Assembly (NCBI GenBank): GCA_963797395.1
Contig: CAWCPA010000008.1
Span: forward strand, 731,484 to 795,483
DNA length: 64,000 nt
Direction of reading: 5' to 3'
Source of the DNA: an uncultured delta proteobacterium
Lineage (GTDB): Bacteria > Myxococcota_A > Polyangia > Polyangiales > Polyangiaceae
Below are positions 47,476 to 56,279 of this stretch, in pieces (the stretch's first letter is position 1; every line of letters begins with the position of its first letter). The notes below the pieces were generated by a model, which did no database searches, was not told the DNA's origin, and saw nothing but the letters and a program-made list of their open reading frames with translations. The position numbers and the translations under genes are program-made.

Positions 47476-47677
47476 CTAGCACTACTCCGCTCTATTAGAT
47501 CGGCACGAAGGGTCTCACGAGCCCGCGCAGGCGGGGCATGGGAGTGGCGCAGCCAGGCGAGCGACGAGTGCTCTGCGGATCGCGGGCAGAGTGATCGTCG
47601 AGGGGAGCTGACTGCGCCTACGCTTTATTTTGGCGGACTCGCGTGGTCTGGAGGAAAGCGAAGGCGATCATCGTAAG
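47476..47677. repeat. IS701-like terminal segment, copy 2 (solo end)
   Basis: Direct repeat of 42234-42437. Similarity stops after GATCATCGTAAG. Confidence 0.85.
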
Positions 47678-47696
47678 GCGTCGCGTTCCGTCCACC

Positions 47697-48293
47697 TCAC
47701 TTCGGCGTCGACATGAAGGACTCCGTCAGCCGGGCCACGTCCCGATCGATACGAGCCGCGAATGCTCGGCAATGCGGGACCATTTGCGCGCGGCAGGCTT
47801 CATCGTAGGCGCGGATCTCGCGGTCTTTCTCGCGAAGCACGTCCGGGTCCCAATTTGCGCGCTCCTCGCCAATCGGGAAGTGATCGGTCTCTGACGTCAC
47901 GGCCACGAAAGGCACGAACAGGGCGCGCATCTCGTCGTCGACGTCCGCGCCAGCAAACGCGAGCCCCCTTATTTTCCAGCTCCCCTCCACGACGCCGATC
48001 TTGCCGTCCGCGATGGCGCGCGCGAGGTCGCGGGCCTGCTGTGCTTGGGACAGGGAGAGAATCCTGTACGACTCTTCGCGCGTGGGCAGCCGAACGCCCA
48101 GGTCGTGGGCCGCGCGCCGAAGCCAGGGCGCGGTCTCCTCGCGGGCAGCGTTTGGGGGTAGCCCCGCGAGGATGCGGACGGCCTCGGTGTCCTGGGCGGT
48201 GGCGAGGACTGCGATGGCCCACTCGCTGGCCTCTTCAGCCACCGGGCACTCGAGCGTCAGCAACGCAAGAAGACGGAGAAGCTCGGCACGCAC
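47697..48293 (-). CDS. Hypothetical cytoplasmic protein (198 aa), possibly immunity-like
   Basis: Clean ORF between IS relics. No motif I can name. Confidence 0.45.
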   Translation of the reverse strand: MRAELLRLLALLTLECPVAEEASEWAIAVLATAQDTEAVRILAGLPPNAAREETAPWLRRAAHDLGVRLPTREESYRILSLSQAQQARDLARAIADGKIGVVEGSWKIRGLAFAGADVDDEMRALFVPFVAVTSETDHFPIGEERANWDPDVLREKDREIRAYDEACRAQMVPHCRAFAARIDRDVARLTESFMSTPK

Positions 48294-48305
48294 TATCGCG
48301 TCATT

Positions 48306-49001
48306 TTATCCTGTCGCAAAATCCAACGCCAGAGGGCGGGGGTGGTGACTCACCCTTCCAGGTACGTCGGGAGCAGGACCTCTCCGCGCGCATCGGCGAG
48401 AGCAGCCTGTCGCAGGTAGTCGATGGGGTCGACGCCAGCGAGCTTCGCGGTTTCGAGGAGCGTGTAGAACGCGGCGGCGACCGCGGTACCGCGGCGGGAC
48501 TTGGAGCCGTAATGATTCTTGCGTCCTACGACAGGCCCACGGATGCCACGCTAGGTTGCGTTGTTGTCGAGCGGGATGCGCGCATCGCCGACGAAGCGAG
48601 TGAGCCGGTCCCAGTTGGCCACGACGTAGGCCGCCGCCTTGCCGATGGACAGCGTCTTGACGCGTGGCCTGCGTCCAGAGCCAGGTCTTCATCGTCGCGA
48701 TCACGTCGGCGCTCTCGATACGACGAAGCTCGGCCTTCCTGGCGATGTCCCCCTCGGCACGCTCATCGATCTCGTAGAGCTGTCGGATCCACTTGAGCGC
48801 GAGATGGGCCTCGGGGTGATCGGGCGCGGCTTCCTCGAACTTGCGGAACACGTGTGCCCAGCAGCCGGCTAGCACGATGGCGTCGTTGCCGCGGGCGCCG
48901 GCCTCGTGGGTCTTGAGCGCTTCGCACACGACGGTGCCCGCATACACGATTCCCCGCCACGCATACCCCGGCGCGCTCCAGTACCTGGAGGTTGAGTTCA
49001 A
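48306..49001 (-). pseudogene. IS66-family TnpC fragment, frameshifted
   Basis: Contains ..LAGCWAHVFRKFEEA..ALKWIRQLYEIDERAE.. The frame is lost after TMKTWLW. The remaining homology (..PLDNNATERG..-like) lies in another frame. Confidence 0.7.
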
Positions 49002-49123
49002 GCAGGACCTGCTCGCGCGCCCGGAGGACGTCGAGGCATGCGCCGAGCGGTTCGCGGGCTAGCTCCGAGTCCTCTTGTGATAGCCGGCGGGGCCGCTTCA
49101 CGGGGCGCGGGCGCGTGAGTCCG

Positions 49124-50104
49124 TCACCAGCAAAAGCCGATGAACGTGAAGTAGTACCGCGCGAGGAGGGCCACAGCGGCGACGGCGAGGAGCGCCGAGA
49201 CCCCGAAGCGCGCGGCGCCGAGGCCGAGCGCCCTCCCCAGTCGCGTGGTCTGGAGGAACGCCACCGGCAGCGCCCAGGAGCACATCGCCAGGCGCCCTCC
49301 CATTCCGGCGACGGGCGCCAGCGCGCGGTCATGGCATCCCTCGGCGGCGCCGACCGGCCAGATGGGGGCGACGAGTCGATCGAGCGCGTGCTCCAGAGCG
49401 GAGAGCGGCTCCCCCAGCCCGTACGGCAGCAAGGCGAAGACCCCCCACGTCAGGCAGGGAACGAGCACGAGGAACGTCCCGACGAGGTAAGCGCAGGCGT
49501 CGACCGCGCGGGCCGCGCGGACCCGCCGCGTGTCACCGTCCGCGGGCGCGAAGAGCCAGAACGGCGCCGCGGTGGCAAAGAGGACCCCCAGCGAGGCCGC
49601 AAGCTGGATGGCGAGTCGCGCCGAGCTGGCGTAAGCGTGATGGGCGATCTGTCCGGGCAGCTCGGTGCCTTCCGGCGCGCCGGACAGCGGCCGCGTGAGC
49701 GGCGCGACGAAGTCGATCGCCTTGTCGAGGAGGACCGCCAGGGCGAAGCACGCCAGGTAGTAGCCCCGAGGCCCGTCGAGGAGCTTCCTCGGGGTGGTCG
49801 GGCGGGTTACAGCCGTCGCCGGTCGCAGCGAGAAACGCACGAAGGTCCGGGCGAAGGCCCAGGTCTCCTTGAGGGACTTTCCGAGCGGAGCGAACAGCCA
49901 CTCGCGGGCGACGTCGGGGGTTGACTGGGCCTCGAGGGTCCCCAGCCAGCGGGTGATCGCGGCGAAGCGGCGCTCTTCCAAGTCGTCGAGCACGGCGAGC
50001 GCGCGGTACCACGGACGACGCTGGCGCTTCGTGTCGACCGGGGCTCGCTCGGGCGCAGATTCGACCGGGGTCTCGTGAATCTCCGTCCCCTCGGCGTCCG
50101 TCAT
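49124..50104 (-). CDS. Hypothetical polytopic membrane protein
   Basis: At least 5 hydrophobic helices. A start at 50104 (MTDAEG) is preferred. The frame stays open upstream as far as IS3 copy 2. Confidence 0.5.
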   Translation of the reverse strand: MTDAEGTEIHETPVESAPERAPVDTKRQRRPWYRALAVLDDLEERRFAAITRWLGTLEAQSTPDVAREWLFAPLGKSLKETWAFARTFVRFSLRPATAVTRPTTPRKLLDGPRGYYLACFALAVLLDKAIDFVAPLTRPLSGAPEGTELPGQIAHHAYASSARLAIQLAASLGVLFATAAPFWLFAPADGDTRRVRAARAVDACAYLVGTFLVLVPCLTWGVFALLPYGLGEPLSALEHALDRLVAPIWPVGAAEGCHDRALAPVAGMGGRLAMCSWALPVAFLQTTRLGRALGLGAARFGVSALLAVAAVALLARYYFTFIGFCW

Positions 50105-50305
50105 GGCACGTGTATCCCTTCCACGACCACTGCGAGCACGCGGCACCATCGCCGCCGGCTTTCTCTGCGACGAGCCCATCGCCATGAGATACTTGGCTCC
50201 GTGTTCGTCGTTGGCCAACTTTACCGCCGCGGGAGCTTCACGAGCAGCATGGGGGGTCCCGGCAATCGGGCATCTGATCTTCCCCCGGTGCCGTGGACAG
50301 TCTGA

Positions 50306-51181
50306 CTATGCCGCAAACGCGGCGACCCGCGACCTCAATTCGAACTCGATCGGGCTGACGTAGCCGAGCGACGAATGCCGCCGGGCCGAGTTGTAGAACC
50401 GTTCGATGTAATCTGCAATGGATGCGTGAGCGACCTCGCGGCTCGGGAAGTCTTCGTGATCCACATGCTCGGCCTTGAGCGTCGCAAAGAAGCTCTCGGC
50501 GACAGCGTTGTCGTAGCAGTCGCCCGTTCGACTCATGCTGACGACGATGCCGCGCTGACGGAGAGCGGCCTGGTAGTCCTCGCTGGCGTACGGGCTCCCG
50601 CGGTCAGTGTGGTGGAGGAGACCCGCTGGCGGGCGTCGGTTCTTCAGGGCGCGTTCCAGGGCTGCGAGGGCCAAGGTCCGGTCGTTGCTCGCGCTCGTCG
50701 CCCAGCCCACGACGCGACGAGAGAACAGGTCCAGCAGCACCGCCAGGTACAGCCAGCCCTCGGCCGTTGCGATGTACGTCACGTCCCCCACCCAGGTCCG
50801 GTTCGGTGCGTCGGCTTCGAAGCGACGCTCCAGCACGTTCGGGGCGACGGGCAGTGAGTGGTCGGAATCCGTCGTGCATGCGAATCTGCGCTTTGCTCGG
50901 CCTTTCAGCCCGGTCTCGCGCATCAAGCGCTCCACGCGCTTGCGTCCGATGCGAAGCCCACGGGCCTTGAGGTCGCGGTGAACTCGCGGGCTGCCGTAGA
51001 TGCCGCGGCTTCGCTTGTGCGCCGCCGCGACCTCGACGGCGAGCTGCGCATCTTCGACCTTCTTCGGGGGCTCGGGCCGGACCTTCCATGCGTAGTAGCC
51101 GCTGCGCGAGACCCCGAGAACCTGGCACATGACCTCGATGGGGAAGGCCACCTCCCTCGAGGCGATGAAGGCGAACTTCAT
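50306..51181 (-). CDS. IS3-family transposase OrfB
   Basis: Contains WVGDVTYI..LHHTDRGSPYAS..SRTGDCYDNAVAESFFATLK. Confidence 0.92.
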   Translation of the reverse strand: MKFAFIASREVAFPIEVMCQVLGVSRSGYYAWKVRPEPPKKVEDAQLAVEVAAAHKRSRGIYGSPRVHRDLKARGLRIGRKRVERLMRETGLKGRAKRRFACTTDSDHSLPVAPNVLERRFEADAPNRTWVGDVTYIATAEGWLYLAVLLDLFSRRVVGWATSASNDRTLALAALERALKNRRPPAGLLHHTDRGSPYASEDYQAALRQRGIVVSMSRTGDCYDNAVAESFFATLKAEHVDHEDFPSREVAHASIADYIERFYNSARRHSSLGYVSPIEFELRSRVAAFAA

Positions 51182-51474
51182 TCGCTCTCCTTCGCGAAGA
51201 AGGTGGCCGCCGCTTTTAGGATGTCGCGCTCCATCTGCAGCCGCTTGTTCTCACGTCGCAGCCGCGTCAGCTCCTCGCGCTCCGCGGTCGTCAGAGTGTC
51301 GGGAGACCCCTTGCCCTCGTCGGCATCCGCGCGCTTGACCCACTCGCGCAGCGCCGTCTCGGTCAGGTCCAAGTCCCCGGCGACCTGGCCGATGGAGCGG
51401 TCGCCGACGCGCGCCAGACGCACCGCCTCCGCCTTGAACTCCGGGGTGAACTGCCTTCGCTTCCTGCGTGCCAT
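51178..51474 (-). CDS. IS3-family transposase OrfA
   Basis: Begins MARRKRRQFTPEFKAEAVRL...LRRENKRLQMERDILKAAATFF. Confidence 0.9.
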   Translation of the reverse strand: MARRKRRQFTPEFKAEAVRLARVGDRSIGQVAGDLDLTETALREWVKRADADEGKGSPDTLTTAEREELTRLRRENKRLQMERDILKAAATFFAKESE

Positions 51475-51520
51475 GAACATCTCCTCGCGCATCTTCGCGC
51501 CTTCGGGGGTGTCCACGGAA

Positions 51521-51634
51521 GCGGGGGAGGATCACTTGATCGAGGGTCGTCGATTGCTGCGACTGCGCTGGCGACGAGCAGGCCGCGACCATCGGTGCGA
51601 GGGCAAGGCCGAAGCGAAGCAAGCTAAGTTTCAT
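51521..51634 (-). pseudogene. N-terminal stub of a lipoprotein gene interrupted by IS3 copy 2
   Basis: MKLSLLRFGLALAPMVAACSSPAQSQQSTTLDQVILPR, then the IS inverted repeat. Confidence 0.45.
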
Positions 51635-51876
51635 CGCGGGAGGAGACAGCAACGCGCGTGCCTGCACGCCGGTCCCGGGTCCGCGACGGTTCTTCGGGCG
51701 TTGGCTGCGCGGCACCGTCGTGCCGGTGACACATGTGCATTTGGGATACGGAACCGAAGGACCGCCGAGTGAGCGGCAACCGAGGTGATCACGGGGGCTG
51801 GGGCCGGTGTGCGCGCCCGCGATGGCCTTCCCGTTTTCCTGCTACGGTCTTGTGAATGATCCCGAGATCCGCGAAG

Positions 51877-52692
51877 ATGTGGGGGCTCCTCGGTGCCATC
51901 CTGGGCTTCTCCGGGTGCTTCGGAGGGGCGACGGAATCCGGCCCTGTCCTTGGGTCCGGCGGTTCGGGTTCCGTCGAAGCGGGAGCCGCCGGTGACGGAA
52001 TGAGCCACGTCGAGGCAGGCGCATCCGCCGATGGCTCCGTGCCACTCGACGCGACGACGCCCGTCGAGGCATCGGTCCTCGATGCCTCGGCGCCATTCGA
52101 TGGGGACGCGTCGCAACTCCCGACGTCCTGCGCCGACCTGCAAGCCCAGGATCCGACCGCGACGACGGGCGTCTACACGCTGCTCCTCGGCGGCTCGGTG
52201 CGCAACGCGTTCTGCGACATGGACCTCGCGGAGGGCGGATGGACGGTGTTCTTCGCAGGGACGAACGGGTCGCCGAACGTATTCGACCACTTCGAGGTAG
52301 CGACGGACGATTGCAGCGATCCGGCGGCTCATTGTCTCCGCCGGGTACCGGCCAGCGTCACGACGGCGACCACGTTTGCCGCTTCGTGCGGTACGGCGGC
52401 CGTGACCTTCAACGTGAACGATCTCGCGCTCGCCTACTTCCAATCGGGCACACAAAATCAGTGGCAGCCGCTCGGCAACGCGACCACCGTCGCGGGCGGA
52501 GCCGTCGCGACCTACGCGACCCAGGTCTGGACTGGCCAGGCCGACAACCAGGGCTGGATCTTGTCCAACAACGATCTCTCCCCCGGCGCCACGGCGCACA
52601 CCTTCGCGCAGTCGTACGACTGGAACGACACCTGGGATTATTGCAACGGCCAGCCCGACCAGGGATCGCTCGTGCGGCTGATGTATCGCTGA
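51877..52692 (+). CDS. Lipoprotein with a fibrinogen-related-domain-like core
   Basis: Lipobox GFSGC. SCADLQAQDPTATTGVYTLLLGGSVRNAFCDMDLAEGGWTVFF matches the start of the FReD consensus (C..l...G...sGvY.l......v.CDMd..GGGWTV). Confidence 0.7.
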   Translation: MWGLLGAILGFSGCFGGATESGPVLGSGGSGSVEAGAAGDGMSHVEAGASADGSVPLDATTPVEASVLDASAPFDGDASQLPTSCADLQAQDPTATTGVYTLLLGGSVRNAFCDMDLAEGGWTVFFAGTNGSPNVFDHFEVATDDCSDPAAHCLRRVPASVTTATTFAASCGTAAVTFNVNDLALAYFQSGTQNQWQPLGNATTVAGGAVATYATQVWTGQADNQGWILSNNDLSPGATAHTFAQSYDWNDTWDYCNGQPDQGSLVRLMYR

Positions 52693-52695
52693 GGG

Positions 52696-53145
52696 TCATC
52701 CCGTGGTGACGGGCTCCGCTCGCGTCAGCCGCCGCGAGACGGTGAACGAACCGTTTGCGAAGCGGCAAGCATCGACGACGTAGTAGTCGCGTCCCGCGTC
52801 GTCCTCCTGCTCGAAGTACAACGAGAAGTCTGCGTCGTCGACGTACGGCGCGAGGGCCTCGAGGGTGCGCAGGTAATTCGGGTAGTCGCTGTAGACGAGG
52901 TCGAGCCCGAGCTCGATCGACGCCGACCCGCGAGGGCGCAAAAACAGGCCGGTTCGTTCCGAAGCCGCGGCCAGGAGTCCTTCGACGGCCTCGCGCGCGT
53001 CTGGTCGCAGACGCAAGGCGACGCGCGGCGAGACGCGGATCGGGGAGGGCAGCAGTCCTTCGCCGTAGCGGGCGTGCTGCGCGAGGATCTCGCCGAGCGA
53101 GGATGTCGCGGCCCAGACCTCGATCGAGAGCTCCTCGTCTGCCAT
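52696..53145 (-). CDS. Hypothetical acidic cytoplasmic protein (149 aa)
   Basis: Clean ORF. No recognisable motif. Confidence 0.45.
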   Translation of the reverse strand: MADEELSIEVWAATSSLGEILAQHARYGEGLLPSPIRVSPRVALRLRPDAREAVEGLLAAASERTGLFLRPRGSASIELGLDLVYSDYPNYLRTLEALAPYVDDADFSLYFEQEDDAGRDYYVVDACRFANGSFTVSRRLTRAEPVTTG

Positions 53146-53290
53146 GCGTCGTCGTCGTGGCGGACCGCGCCGTGCCTCACTTCTACTTCACGTCGAGCTT
53201 CCATGCCCGGTCGCTCTCGGGCGCCGCCGCGGGTCCGTCGGTCGGATAAGCTCGCCCCGTGAACCTCTACCGGCTGGGGGCCCCCCCCAA

Positions 53291-54232
53291 ATGCCCTGGG
53301 ACGACTACGGCAGTATCCTCGCGTGGGGGATGTCCACGCATCTTCCGCGTAAGGACGGCTTGATCCAGCTTGAACGAACGGCGTCCTTCGTCCCGCCAAT
53401 CACCTTCCCCGGGCTCGGGGACATCGTCGTTACCAACGGATTCCGCGAGGCGCTGGAGGTATCGGGCCTCACGGGATTCACCTTCGCCCCGATCATCAAG
53501 GCGCGCATCGTGGAGTCGAACTGGGAGACCTGGGACCGTGGCGCTTCGAACCCGAACGCTCGTCCTCCCGGCGGGGAGCCCGAGGACTACATCCTCGCGA
53601 GCCCTCATGAGCCCGAATTGGCCAATCGCGTCGGCGTCCTCTGGGGGCTCGTTCCCGGGCTCGGCGGGATGGTTGAACGACGCGAGCTCGGGCCCGGACC
53701 GAGGGACGTGGAGATCCTGCTCCGGCGCTCCGGGGCGGACGACTTCTTCAGAGCAAAAGGCGCTCGCTACAACTACGTGACCCAGCGCGCGATGGAGTGG
53801 CTCGTTGCGCAAGCAGGCGAGTGGGTCGAGGGGCTGCCGGCGCGCGTCGAGCGCGAGCACCTGGGCGACGAGGAGCTCCTTGAAGCGCTTCGCGAGCGCG
53901 GCCGGGTCGCACCGCGCCGCGCCGTCGGCGCGCGCGACACGCCGAAGGCGTTCCAGGCCACTCGGAGAGCGCGGTTGCGCGCGTCGAATCGCGTCTCGGC
54001 TTTGGCCTCCCGTCCATCCTTCGGCGGCTCTACCTGGAGGTCGCGGACGGCGGCTTCGGCCCTGGTTACGGACTCTTTCCGACGGGCGAGCACCCGTCGC
54101 GCGAAGGGCACGCCGAGACGCTCGTCGAGGCTCACGAGAAGCTCTCGGCCAATCCGAGGTGGTCCGAGCGGCTCCTGCCGCTCTGCGACTGGGCTGCGCG
54201 ACTTGGTCCTGCCTCGATGGCCGCGCCGATGA
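53291..54232 (+). CDS. Hypothetical protein, possibly Imm11/DUF1629-like. Its 3' third has no stop of its own and overlaps the degenerate SUKH gene.
   Basis: Begins MPWDDYGS. The segment IVVTNGFREALEVSGLTGFTFAPI resembles the immunity-family core. Composition is plausible only up to about 53860. Confidence 0.4.
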   Translation: MPWDDYGSILAWGMSTHLPRKDGLIQLERTASFVPPITFPGLGDIVVTNGFREALEVSGLTGFTFAPIIKARIVESNWETWDRGASNPNARPPGGEPEDYILASPHEPELANRVGVLWGLVPGLGGMVERRELGPGPRDVEILLRRSGADDFFRAKGARYNYVTQRAMEWLVAQAGEWVEGLPARVEREHLGDEELLEALRERGRVAPRRAVGARDTPKAFQATRRARLRASNRVSALASRPSFGGSTWRSRTAASALVTDSFRRASTRRAKGTPRRSSRLTRSSRPIRGGPSGSCRSATGLRDLVLPRWPRR

Positions 54233-54444
54233 GGGCGCGATTGTGACCCTTGCCCGGCAAACACGGTTTCGCCAAGACGAGCCACACCCTGCGCTCGTGG
54301 CTCGGTGCGTGGCTCGACGGCGTCGACCTCTGGGAGACGATGTTCGAGCCGGGGCCCACGAAAATGGGAATCAACCCGTTCACGAAGCAGCCTATGGAAC
54401 TCAAGGGCAGCGGCGGCAAGCCGAGGGGCACGCCGTGGCCGTGA
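53960..54444 (+). pseudogene. SMI1/KNR4 (SUKH-1) immunity-family gene with internal frameshifts and no start codon in frame
   Basis: Three segments: SESAVARVESRLGFGLPSILRRLYLEVADGGFGPGYGL..LLPLCDW, then (frame change) GCATWSCLDGRADEGAIVTL, then (frame change) GKHGFAKTSHTLRSWLGAWLDGVDLWE. Confidence 0.7.
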
Positions 54445-54553
54445 AGCGCCAGCGATGCCGGCGCCGCCAGGGCACTTGGCTGCGGTACGCCCCAAGGTGA
54501 TTGACGCCAGCCACGAGGCATGAGACCGCCGGGGCTGGGGGAGCCAGAGACAC

Positions 54554-56080
54554 ATGAACCGAGTTCGGCGCGCTCTCGCGGCGGCCACGTACGCCGCGGT
54601 GCCGCTGCTCGCCTCCTGCGGCGCCCGGTCCGGTCTCACGGAGCCCTCACCCGACCCCTCCGGGCTGGATGCCTCGCTGGGGCCGAACGTCCTCGATGCG
54701 CAGGTCGATGACGCGCGAGTCGACGAGCCGCAGGTCGACGCGAGCGGCGCGGACGTCGCGGACGTCGCGCCCGACGCCGTTCGCGCGCCGGCGCCCCCGT
54801 GTCACCTCGTCGCCAGCGGCCCCCCGGCTCAAACCGTCACATTTACGCAGGCGACGTACTACTTTCATCAAGACGGGCTTCTCCTCCGGGCCGTCTCGGC
54901 CGGCGATGCCCCGCACGTCGTCCAGTTCGGGAGAGTGCCTGGAGCCGGGGACGATGGATGGGACGATCCCGCGATCTACGCGGCCGAGTACGACGTCTCG
55001 ACCTGGCCCCCTCGCGAGGCGCAGCCGCCTACAGCGATCTCCGACGCGGTGGAGGGGCCGTCCAATCTCGTCGAGCTGGCCGGCGGCAGGCTCCTCTTCA
55101 CGTGGAGTCTGCAGGCCGAGTACGGCGGATTCGGGCCGCCGGACGTCTTTTCCCACGTTGCCGACGGGTTGCCCTGGCAGCTCGGCGCCACGCAAACGCT
55201 GCTGCGGAACGCTGGGGGACTGTCGACGCCGGCGCTCGGCGCCGCGGGCGACGGATTCTGGGGGGGCTACACCGCGTACGACGTCGGTGACGCCGGACCC
55301 GATACCGCCTTTCCGCCGTTGCTCGGGATCTACGGCGAGCTCGGATGGTTCGACGTTGCCGGCTCCCAGATGGCTTCTCCGCCGCTCTGGTCGATCACGA
55401 CCGCTGGGGCGTCGGCCACCGCGAGCCTCAACCCAAGCGTGCTTCGGACTGTGACGGACACACTCGTCGTCGTGGCGTTCGGGGATTGTTCGGGGGCGGT
55501 CATGAGTGCTTTTTGCGAGGCATCCTCCCTCGTCGTGCTTCGAGTCATCGGGGGACAGGGCGGCGGAGCGTCGTCGCTCGAGGAGGTCGCTTCTTTGCCG
55601 CTACAGAACGAGGCGGACGTGGTGCAGTCGCCCCTGTTGATCGGCGACCAGGCCGGGCACAACTGGCTGACGTGGTGGGAGTCGCCGACGACGGACGCCG
55701 GGCCCGTGGGCCCCTGGTCGCTGTACGCGATCGCGCTGACCGACGCCGGCGCACCCGCGAGCCCGATCGAGAGCTGGTTCTCCAGCGACTCCTCGAGTTC
55801 GGGCCAGCCGAGCGTCGGCCCGCTCGGGGTCGTGTATCCGGTGGTCACGGCCGTTCCGGGCGACTCGGGGGACCTCTGGGAAGTGCACTTGATTCATCGC
55901 CAGCTCGACGTCGTCGCTCCCGTCGAAGACGTCTCGTTCACCACGACGAGCGCCATCTCGGTCACGCCGGTGCAGGTCGCGGAGCCGCGTTCGCTGGTGG
56001 TCGGGTACTCGACGTCTTCCCCGAGTCAGAGCAAGGAGCACGGGGAGCTCGCCCGCTTCGTATGCAGCGAGGACCCTTGA
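54554..56080 (+). CDS. Hypothetical secreted lipoprotein (508 aa)
   Basis: Lipobox PLLASC and an Asp-rich linker. No recognisable domain. Confidence 0.6.
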   Translation: MNRVRRALAAATYAAVPLLASCGARSGLTEPSPDPSGLDASLGPNVLDAQVDDARVDEPQVDASGADVADVAPDAVRAPAPPCHLVASGPPAQTVTFTQATYYFHQDGLLLRAVSAGDAPHVVQFGRVPGAGDDGWDDPAIYAAEYDVSTWPPREAQPPTAISDAVEGPSNLVELAGGRLLFTWSLQAEYGGFGPPDVFSHVADGLPWQLGATQTLLRNAGGLSTPALGAAGDGFWGGYTAYDVGDAGPDTAFPPLLGIYGELGWFDVAGSQMASPPLWSITTAGASATASLNPSVLRTVTDTLVVVAFGDCSGAVMSAFCEASSLVVLRVIGGQGGGASSLEEVASLPLQNEADVVQSPLLIGDQAGHNWLTWWESPTTDAGPVGPWSLYAIALTDAGAPASPIESWFSSDSSSSGQPSVGPLGVVYPVVTAVPGDSGDLWEVHLIHRQLDVVAPVEDVSFTTTSAISVTPVQVAEPRSLVVGYSTSSPSQSKEHGELARFVCSEDP

Positions 56081-56279
56081 CCGGAACCGGGAAGGTACGC
56101 CAGACCGAGCCCGTTCGAGATCCGCGGCGAGGGCGCGCAGCCAATTCGGCCACGACCCGCGCGCCTTCGACGGCGCGCGGGTCGGTGTGCGTCACCCGGG
56201 CAAGCCCGTCGCTCCACGCCCTTCGCGTGGAGGGCGGGCCGCGCCGTTGCGACACCGGTTTGGCGGAGACCCAGCTCGT

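Larger units (their letters stand above)
50289..51520 (-). mobile_element. IS3-family insertion sequence, copy 2 (different subgroup from copy 1); ends uncertain by about 5 bp
   Basis: Inverted termini TGCCGTGGACA and TGTCCACGGAA. Carries orfA and orfB. Confidence 0.8.

Noticed and set aside
50105-51634. A fusion of the lipoprotein signal stub (51634-51521) with the membrane protein ORF (frame open up to IS3 copy 2) into one interrupted gene.
   Set aside because: With the IS ends and target duplications I can infer, the two frames do not join cleanly. The exact IS boundary is uncertain by a few bp, so this cannot be decided from the sequence alone.
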